Positions 54,086 through 64,000 of a stretch of 64,000 nt of DNA are shown here, in pieces. The translations under genes and the position numbers were made by a program. Where the stretch lies: positions 4,084,762 to 4,148,761 of the forward strand of contig NC_068991.1 in assembly GCF_001194135.2 (NCBI RefSeq), given 5' to 3'. The number at the start of each line of letters is the position of its first letter. The stretch's first letter is position 1. The stretch comes from Octopus bimaculoides. Lineage: Eukaryota. The notes beneath the pieces were generated by a model. It saw only the letters and a program-made list of their open reading frames with translations, ran no database searches and had not been told where the DNA came from.

Positions 54086-54470
54086 GCAGCGAGCTGGCAG
54101 AAACGTTAGCACGCCGGGCGAAATGCTTAAGTACCAGTTACGCACTGGGGTCGATGTAATCGACTTAATTCCTTTGTCTCCCTTGTTTGTCACCTCTATG
54201 TTTAGCCCCTTGTGAGTAATAAAGAAATAAGAAACGTTAGCACGCCGGGCGAAATGCTTAACTGTATTTCGTCTTTCTTTACGTTCTNNNNNNNNNNATG
54301 CTTAACTGTATTTCGTCTTTCTTTACGTTCTGAGTTCAAATTCTGCCGAGGTCGACTTTGCCTTTCGGGGTCGATAAATTAAGTACCAGTTTCATACTGT
54401 GGTCGATCAAATTGACTGGCACACTCATCAAAAATTTCGGACCTTGTGCGTACAGTATAAAAGAGAATTT
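54086..54470 (+). mobile_element. Composite/dimeric SINE family B
   Basis: Head, internal deletion, tail type 2, then a second head-to-tail monomer with tail type 1; agaaacgttagcacgccgggcgaaatgcttaa occurs twice. Confidence 0.85.
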
Positions 54471-54727
54471 TTAAATTTCAGAGGGAAATGCATCAATTAA
54501 AAAAAAAAATCGCAGAGGAAACGCTGTTGAGATCTTAATTAATTTTCAGTAAGAATTGTACAAAGCAAATGTAAATCTTAATACTGTATAAACTTACTTT
54601 GCGGAAGTGTGAGGTGAGGTGTGTTACGATTTGATAACCAGCCTATCCTTTCCTGAATCTTTCACATATATAACAGCATACCACCCCTGTTAGAAGTGAA
54701 ATGAAATCATCCAAATTATACACAATA

Positions 54728-55155
54728 AGGAGATGTAAGCGTGGCTGTGTTGTGCGAACCTCAATTCAAAAACATACGATTCCAGGTTCGGTCCCACTGC
54801 GTGGTACTTTGGACAAATATCTTCTATTGCAGCATAGAGCTTACGAAACTCTTGTGAGTGGATTTGGTAGATGGAAAATAAAAGGAGCTAGTCGTATACA
54901 CACGCACACATACACACACACACACACACTCACACACACACACACACATCTATTTATGTTCCTCAGCACCGGTTGACAACCGGTTTTTGTGTGTTTACAA
55001 CCCCGTAACGCAGTGGTTCGGCAAAAGTGAGAGATAAAATAAATGCCGCGTTTAAAATAATCAGTACTGGAGTAGATTCATTCGACTCAAAACTTTCCAA
55101 GGCCGCAGAATGGCCGTTGATAAATGACGGAAACAAAAAAAAAGATAAAAGATAT
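54728..55155 (+). mobile_element. SINE family A, full length, diverged
   Basis: ccaggttcggtcccactgcgtggtactttggacaa...cttgtgagtggatttggtagatggaaa...gttgacaaccgg...gttcggcaaaag. Confidence 0.8.
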
Positions 55156-55839
55156 GGAATGAAACATATAAACAAAGTGGAAAACTTTATGCTTTAAGTG
55201 GATGTTTGTCGAATGTTAGGCAAACTGTAAGTAAGGTCTGAGCTTTGTGGAAGCAAACAATACTTTAATCTGTTGAAATAAACGATTTCCAGATTATTAA
55301 TATCCATGTCAAAATCTTTCGGATAAACACTGTTAGTCTTAAGTGACTGACGTTGCGACTAACTTTTAGAAGTTTGCCAATATGTTTACAAAATCGTCTT
55401 CAAATTGTTGTGCATGTCATTTTATGAGCGCCATCTTACGGCGATTTTGTTTTTCTATTTTAAATGGAATTCAAAACTTCAAATTTTTGGAGCGGAACAC
55501 AGTCGTTTGGAAATATTAATTGCGATAAACGGAGTGACATGACTGCCTAAGAAAATTAGATACAGCAAAGTTCGTATTTCCGAAGCTAAAAGGGCGGCAC
55601 GAAATGTGTTGTAGAGAAGGGAACAGTTCTTGTTAATGGTTGCGCGAAAAGTTTTGACCTGTGTTGTAGTATCGTCAGAAATTATGACATGGAGATTTAG
55701 CAATGAGAAAAGGGGACATGAGAGGGAATTTTGTAAAGAAAAAAGGGATAGAAGGAAACAAAGAGAAGTTCCTTTTTGATATCGAACCTATCACTAACAT
55801 GCTTATATCCATGTTTGTATGTAATAATATGCAAACATA

Positions 55840-55914
<75 letters not shown>

Positions 55915-56377
55915 TTATATATATTACGTATATTTTGTGTGAGTGTATAAATGTTTACGTATATATGAACATAGGCATACAAACATATATGTATGTATGT
56001 ATTTGCACCTATATGTTCATATGAATATAAATATGGATGTGTGTACATGTTTTCATGCGTGTGTATGCGCGTGTGTGTGTGCATACATGTATGGAAACAT
56101 AGGAAGATAACTACGCATATGGATTAGTTGATGATTACAAACCTAATGACTGATTAATTATTTGTAAAGAAAAGGCGCGTTGGAATGAGAGAGAAAAAAG
56201 TGAAAAAAGCAAATGAGATGGGAATTTAACTTGGCAACGTGAGTAATTTAGTTGGTAGTTAATTAGATCTGGCACATTTATTGCTGCCTGTTCCTTAATT
56301 CCTTGTTTATGACTGCTAGATGAAGCCAATTAATTATCTTCTCAATTATTAAGAGAATATACACACATACACACACA

Positions 56378-56417
<40 letters not shown>

Positions 56418-57029
56418 CACATACATATGCATATATATATAAAATCACACACACACATATGTGTATATATGTATATAGATATGTACATACATACCTGCAT
56501 GTAAATATTTAGAGAGGTACGCATGCTGGACAAACGCACAATACGAACAGACATAAATATTAAAGCCCACAGAGGTATACACACAAAGTATACTCAGATA
56601 AACACACACATGAATTAATATTGAACGCACGTGCACGCGAGTGCGTGCTTATATGTATGCGTAAAATAGGTGTGTGTGTGTGAATATATATAGTCACACA
56701 AACAATCGGTCTAGTTGCTATCAATATAACTATCTGTATTATTGCACAATTTATTCCCGATTAATTTCCTCTACAGTTAAGTACATAGATGTGTGTGCGT
56801 GAGCGCGCGTGTCTTTATATATACATATATATATATATATGTATGTATGTATATATTTGAGTGAACAAAAGTTACACTGCACAGCACGTTCAGTTGGAGT
56901 AATACGTATGTAATAGCAGCTCGAGTCTTCCCTTTCGTAATTACAGGTACCATGGAATAAATTACAATTCATCGGATGATTGGAACCGAAACACAACTTA
57001 TACCATGCAAATATATACATCACACACTC

Positions 57030-57076
<47 letters not shown>

Positions 57077-57121
57077 CTCTATCTATATGTATTATATATC
57101 TATATATATATGTATATATAT

Positions 57122-57180
<59 letters not shown>

Positions 57181-57452
57181 TTCTGCGTTTGAATGTATGC
57201 ATATAAGTTCGTATATACATACACACAAACATACATACATACAGTACACACACACACTCACAGGCACAGGCACTCAGATACATAAATTTATACATGTATA
57301 TACACATACGCACACATGTACACATAGACACGCTTCGAATAATAAGAGAGAACGTAAAATTTAATAGACGTCATATAAATATAGGTTTGTGTTTACCTGA
57401 CATTGCGTATGCGTGCAGGCATCTCAACATTTGTGCTTGTCATACCTGTGTA

Positions 57453-57501
<49 letters not shown>

Positions 57502-58310
57502 ATGCATGAAGCTAAGTTTATCTGTTGATTATATGGTTATCGATTATCTATTTATACTAATGTACATCTTGATAGAACAGAAATAATGGTTACTTTTAAA
57601 AATAATTCTACCGTTGTTATCAAAAGTTAATTATCTTCAGAATGGAATGTAGACCGATAATTTNNNNNNNNNNNNNNNNNNNNNNNNNNNNNNNNNNNNN
57701 NNNNNNNNNNNNNNNNNNNNNNNNNNNNNNNNNNNNNNNNNNNNNNNNNNNNNNNNNNNNNNNNNNNNNNNNNNNNNNNNNNNNNNNNNNNNNNNNNNNN
57801 NNNNNNNNNNNNNNNNNNNNNNNNNNNNNNNNNNNNNNNNNNNNNNNNNNNNNNNNNNNNNNNNNNNNNNNNNNNNNNNNNNNNNNNNNNNNNNNNNNNN
57901 NNNNNNNNNNNNNNNNNNNNNNNNNNNNNNNNNNNNNNNNNNNNNNNNNNNNNNNNNNNNNNNNNNNNNNNNNNNNNNNNNNNNNNNNNNNNNNNNNNNN
58001 NNNNNNNNNNNNNNNNNNNNNNNNNNNNNNNNNNNNNNNNNNNNNNNNNNNNNNNNNNNNNNNNNNNNNNNNNNNNNNNNNNNNNNNNNNNNNNNNNNNN
58101 NNNNNNNNNNNNNNNNNNNNNNNNNNNNNNNNNNNNNNNNNNNNNNNNNNNNNNNNNNNNNNNNNNNNNNNNNNNNNNNNNNNNNNNNNNNNNNNNNNNN
58201 NNNNNNNNNNNNNNNNNNNNNNNNNNNNNNNNNNNNNNNNNNNNNNNNNNNNNNNNNNNNNNNNNNNNNNNNNNNNNNNNNNNNNNNNNNNNNNNNNNNN
58301 NNNNNNNNNN

Positions 58311-58353
<43 letters not shown>

Positions 58354-58402
58354 CATATGCATATATAGATAGATAGATAGAGAGAAAAAAGAGAGAGAGA
58401 TA

Positions 58403-58434
<32 letters not shown>

Positions 58435-58650
58435 TAAATAAAATGATAGATGCATAAATACGGATATAGATATATGCATATATATAAGCGTAGGTAATTA
58501 TCTGTATATACAACTTAGATTATATGTATATGCATGTACGTTTGCACATATCTATATATATGTATGTACGTATGAGTGTATAAAACCATGTGCACACACA
58601 CACAGATATCTGTATATATACATATATGTATAAAGTGTATTCTTGTACGC

Positions 58651-58700
<50 letters not shown>

Positions 58701-59689
58701 ACTTGGGGATGGTCATATATATATAAGCATTACTTCGCATATCTCTTACTTTTGTTACTAAGTCGAATGACATTCTACGTAAACGAATATCTTTCTCTGA
58801 TATTTGTATTCTTTCTGTAATTGTAGTTGGCTGTGTGTATATTTTACTATAGTTTCCCTCTCGTCGCATGTTTATTTTATTTACAGTTATTTACAGTTTA
58901 TTTTACTTACAGTTCGTTTTACTGATCCACTCACTTATTGTTATTGTAATATATAAATTTTTCACGACATTTTGTCTGTCATATCTGCTCCCTTCATACC
59001 CTAGAAACTTATAACGGTAGCTGCGAAATTGACCAAGATTGGGGGGGGGGGGCTACGTATCGAAACTGTAATGATATTTGGTCGACAAATCACGAGGGAA
59101 GTAAATTATATGCGCCCGATGAACGCGTTTAATCTGATTTACAGTAAAATCTTTTGTCCTGCGTCTGTACTACACTTTCAGTATACACACATACAGAGGT
59201 ACGTAGATATTTTCTACTCTGAGGTACGGAGTGTTCCTCGGGAGAATGTAGGGTAGCAGGCTAAAATTCAGCCTATTTATCACAAACTATATTCACATTG
59301 CAAAGCTAGTGATTCTCGTTATTTTTCTCACGATCTATTCAAAGCTGTACCATGTCAATAGACAAACGGCGAGATTAAGCCGACCTTCGGCAGCTGTTCT
59401 TTCTATATCACCCTTCGTTTTGTTAAACTTCTCTTTTCTTCGACATTTTGTTCCATGTGGAGCGAAATGCTATTTATAGTTACTTTTGAACAGCTGAAAG
59501 AATATTGTGAAAGTTGCTGTTGCTTTTGAAGCCAACTTCAAACATAACAAAGCCGAACAGACGTATACATCAGGTAGGTACTTTCGTTTTCATTGTGTAA
59601 ATTCGCTTTGTAAAATATTCATAACTTGTTTTCAGTATGTAAAATATACATACGGCAGTAAGCTAGCAGAATCGTTTTCCTATCGGTAA

Positions 59690-60290
59690 TATGCGTAGCG
59701 GAATTTCATCCGTTTTTAATTTCTGAGTTCAAACTCCAACAAGGTCAAATTTGACTGGGCTCGATGTAATCGATTTATATCTCTCCATAAATTGCTGGCC
59801 TTGTGCTAAGGTTCGAAAGAAATACGTAAAGTATTTATAGGGCGCCGAGTTGGCTGAGTCGTTAGCGCGCCGGGCAAATTGCTCGGCAGAATTTCGTCCG
59901 TTTTTACGTTCAGAGTTCTAACTGGGCCGAGGTCGACTATGATTTTCATCCTTTCGGCTTCTATGAAATAGGTACTACCCGATCACTTGGGTCAATGCAA
60001 TCGATTTTATTCCCGCCACCTATACCCCACTCCACTTCCACATACCCCACCCCTACATACCNNNNNNNNNNNNNNNNCCCACACCACCCCACACCACCCC
60101 AAATTCCACCACTCCCACCCAGCCACCCGTATCCTCGGCGTATCCTCGGCGTATCCTCGGCCGAGGTCGGCTATGATGCTCATGCTTTCGGATTCAATGA
60201 AATAGCTATTAGCCGAGGACTTGGGATCGATGCGATCGGCTTTATTCCAGCTCCGCTAAATTGCTGGCTTTGTACCAACAACTGAAAACC
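59690..60290 (+). mobile_element. Three head-to-tail degenerate SINE family B copies (59690-59820, 59838-60010, 60160-60290)
   Basis: Repeated gcggaatttcatccgttttt...gagttc...gaggtcg...tcgatgtaatcgattt...attgctggccttgt motifs. Confidence 0.75.
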
Positions 60291-60830
60291 AATATGTAAA
60301 GTATAAACTTTACCTAACTGCGATATTACGATATTTACAGGTGTTAATAGAACAAAACACCTGCAACAAAGATAAATCTAATCTCAACTGTCATGCTAAT
60401 AAAATAATTAATTATTACTATCTATTATTAATTATTAATCATTACTATTAATTTCGTATTATGTAAACATTTTCGATGAAATTCGCTTAACAACTCCCGC
60501 TGGCGCTCAATGCTTTTTAACCATTTCCCACTTTGAGATAATCATATTATTTTGTGTGTCGTCCGCACACATTCCTTTAACACTTCTAAATTCACATCAT
60601 TGGCTACCTTCAGGTACTTCTGTAATAGGTATGACTTTATTATGTATGGATGCCATATATGTTTTATATTTGTTGTCATTGGAATACTGCGGCCATCCTA
60701 GGGTCTGATATCCATAGTCTGATATGATATTTCGGAATAAAAAATCCTTCTTCAGATATCCATAGGAATTGGTGGAGTCGCTGCTATAATCGGTTTTCCA
60801 ACGGCTTTTCTTTTTTTATTTTTTTTTCAG

Positions 60831-60882
60831 AAGCGTCTCAGCGGTGGTCTCAGGAAGCGCCTTCCGGAATTGCTCATGAGAA
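60831..60882 (+). other. Candidate 52-nt internal exon (unverified)
   Basis: Long polypyrimidine tract plus CAG acceptor ending at 60830, a GC-richer body with two open frames, and a possible donor GTGCGT at 60883. No recognisable protein similarity. Confidence 0.25.
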
Positions 60883-63014
60883 GTGCGTGTGGTTGGCCAT
60901 GTCTCAATCTCGTGTGTGCTGGCACATCGGTAGCGCCGCTTCTAAGTTATATGTTATACGTGAAGCTTCCCCCTTTTTCCCCCTGATATATATCGATAGA
61001 GAAAAAAAAGTATTAATAATCGATTCGTATCCATATTTGTACATAATCATGCATATCGGTGTCCTTCGTTTTATAAGTAATTTTCTAAAAAATACTCAAT
61101 TTTTCTACACATGCACAAAGAAAGTGTCTGTTTAGAGAAGTTGTGAATTTTTCAAATATTGGCAAGAAAGTATACTTTAACGAAGCCAATCTGGCTAAAG
61201 GAATGTCCAAATCGTCAAATGAACATGCTAGGAATTTAGCCAAACCTGATTCGAAAAAGAAAAAAGTAGATTACGTTAAAGTACCAGCCAAAAATAACTA
61301 TCACTTAATACACACACATGGACACTCACACTCACACATGGACACTCACACTCACACATGAAAATACATACACATGCACATACAAACACACGTGCATACA
61401 CGTAAATATGCATGATGAATATATTTACATATGCTCCGAACATTACATTACTATGAACATACATATATTTTTGAGCACGTAGGTATATATATCTTTACAT
61501 GTAGATTATACAGATACATACATACACACACACATACACACATATATATATATATTTGTTTGTTTGTATGTATATATATATAAATGTGTGTGTGTGCATG
61601 TGTATATGTAGGCATGTATATATATGTTTGTGTCTACCCATATGTACATACATACACATATGCATATACACTACGTACATATACTTAAGTATCTATTTTA
61701 TGTGCCTCTCTCTCTCTCTCTCTCTCTCTCCCTTCGAGGGAGAGACAGAAAGGGAAGGAGTGAGGAGAGAAAGAGAAAGAGAGAAAGGTAGATAGGTAGA
61801 TCAATAAGTAGCCTGATATGCAAATAGATAAATATATGTGAATGCGTTTTTGTCTTGGATGTGGTTTGGTTTGTTTGTCTGTCCCTGTTATGATGTGGAA
61901 ATTATTTGACTAGATAAGCTTGTTTCAGCGATCACATGTTTATTGTGTTGCTATTTATGCTTATTTATGAATTCCGGCCTTATAATTGCATGTATACACG
62001 GACACCTTTATATATTTTAATATATTTTATTTTCATTTCGTGTATATATTCACATATCCACATCTTCCCATATATACGCAGAGAAAGATGAAGAGAGCAG
62101 GAGACAGAAAATCAGACACACACAGACACACAGACTGGAAGTCACTGTTAATATTAAATATACATGAAAATCATTATATATTTGTCTTTCTCTTTGACAC
62201 TTACAGGATTACATATAAAACTCAGCATTTGTATGTGTCTCCCTCACACTTAGTTTCAGAAGATATGCTTTTTTTTTTCCTCTCTAACATGTAACTTAAC
62301 TTTGTAATTTTTCATTTTTGCTGACAACAGCAATTTTATGAAATCAAAAACAAAAATTCTAAACACAAGAAACCTCTTTAATAACAATAGTATTATATCA
62401 AAGTTTTACCTTAAACTTACTTTCAAACACTTGAACATCTCAAAAGCATTCTTTTCAGAATATATCTTTTGTCAAGAAATTTTCCACCTGTCTGTAAGAT
62501 ATTGGCTCTATTGTTATCGCACATATTGCATCATATTCTACATCGTAGCTATTATTCTTTGGTATTTTCGTTGTTATTGGTATTACTCTTAGTGGTATTA
62601 TTAATACTGTTATCGTTATTATTATAATGGTATTACGATATAATCATTACGTTATATTAAATTGCCTTTTCAATGTGGTGTATATATTTATATATTTTCT
62701 TACTTTTATTTCTCATAATGGAACATATCATTAAGCATCAATGTAGTCTACAGCAACGTCGACAGTCCATGACGGAAGTGTAGCATAAAATGTTTCTTAG
62801 ACAAAATAACACTTTACAAACTCCTTGTACTGCGAGACATACCCTTGATATACTGTCTAATTGATATTACAAAGATGTCTGTAACAATAGCGCTTCCTCC
62901 AAACGTTATGTGGAACATTTAACAGCAGGGAAGGTGCGGCCAACTTACTAATCTAGGTTCAGTTATAAATATTTGAGAAAACTTATATTTTAATATTTCT
63001 TGTGGATTAAGGAC

Positions 63015-63495
63015 ATTTTGAATTTGAACTTCTGGTGTGGTCGACATTGCTTTTCATTCTTTCGGGGTCGATAGAGTAAGTACCCGTTGAGTAGTGGGGT
63101 CATTGAAATCGACTTAATCTCTGACCCCAAATTGCTGGCTATGTGTCAAGATTTGAAACCAACATCCGTTGTAAACTGAAAGGAGGTGACAGAAACGTTA
63201 GCACACTGGGCCGAAAGGTTAGTGGCGTTTCGTCCGTCTTTACTGTCTGGGTTTAAATTCCGCCGAGGTCGATTTTACTTTACATCCTTGCGAGGTCACT
63301 AAACTAAGTACCAGTCGAGCACTGAGGCGAAAAGAAAAAGACAGAAATCACAACACTTCATCCTTTCGGGGTCGATTAAATAAGTATCAGTTACCCACAG
63401 GGGTCGATGTAATCGACATAATCCCTTTTCCTGTCCTTGTTTGTCCCCTCTATGTTGAGTATTTAGCCTCCAGTGGGCAATAAAGTAATAAACAT
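63015..63495 (+). mobile_element. Three tandem SINE family B pieces (63015-63160, 63183-63330, 63355-63495)
   Basis: Repeated catcctttcggggtcgat...aagtacc cores; the last piece has tail type 2, as at 54160-54230. Confidence 0.8.
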
Positions 63496-63965
63496 AGGCC
63501 TTTCTACTATAGGCTCAAATGGAAGTTATTTCAGCGACCTCACCAAGGATTTCTCACGAAGAATTTCCCAGGTGCTTTGAAGGCACGAAATGTTAGGAAA
63601 GGGACATTGTTATAAAATATTGATATGATATTTCGGTTAATACGTTTTTCTGTATTCGATTTACAACGCGTGTATTACTGATAAATATTTTTTTAAATGA
63701 TAGGTCTCCGCTGTTTCTAGAAAGGTATGACAAATGATTAATATTTTGATGGACAAAGTTTACTTTAACAACCGCGGTCGGAGGTAGCTGTGACGTGTTT
63801 CAGAAAAGAAGTGAAAACAAACGTAGTTTCTAGAGAATTCAGGCAAGCAATAGAAAAACAAGAAAAAAAAAACAGAAAAAAAGTTAAAAACACGAAGTTC
63901 TTCGGTCTTCAGGTCATCTTTTAGAAATTATTTGATGAAATCAGTTTTTTCATAAGGTAGAGTAA

Positions 63966-64000
<35 letters not shown>

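Noticed and set aside
54257-54331. Exact 34-bp direct repeat (atgcttaactgtatttcgtctttctttacgttct) on both sides of a 10-N gap
   Set aside because: Most simply an unmerged contig overlap (assembly artefact).
59490-59580. AG...CAG|GTAGGT exon-like segment
   Set aside because: Stop codons in all three frames and a weak acceptor.
404-63999. Numerous ORFs of 60-500 aa in the supplied track (YI, HT, CV, SL, poly-X, poly-K/E/H/I/L)
   Set aside because: They are translations of microsatellites or N gaps and contain no domain content.

Overview
Eukaryotic, AT-rich, repeat-dominated non-coding DNA (large intron or intergenic). It is most likely a coleoid cephalopod (Octopus); this is inferred from the SINE families and the extreme microsatellite load, not from a database search. 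There are many N gaps, mostly flanked by (AT)n. I find no confident host protein-coding gene, rRNA, intact tRNA or CRISPR array, and nearly all ORF-track entries are translations of microsatellites or gaps. Supported content: three recurrent tRNA-headed SINE families (my labels A, B, C); two decayed Penelope-like retroelements (one spanning N-terminus, RT and GIY-YIG remnant at ~36.4-38.4 kb, and an RT fragment of another clade at ~25 kb); three C-terminal fragments of REL-endonuclease (R4/Dong-like) LINEs; a probable APE-LINE remnant; an internally deleted Tc1 element; a Tc1/mariner MITE; two palindromic elements; and long compound trinucleotide arrays. The most unusual object is a 515-bp foldback element (11319-11833) with 183-bp, ~93% identical inverted arms, each carrying a type I minimal hammerhead-ribozyme-like fold. 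All alignments, mismatch counts and translations were done by eye; family names are from recalled motifs and are unverified.
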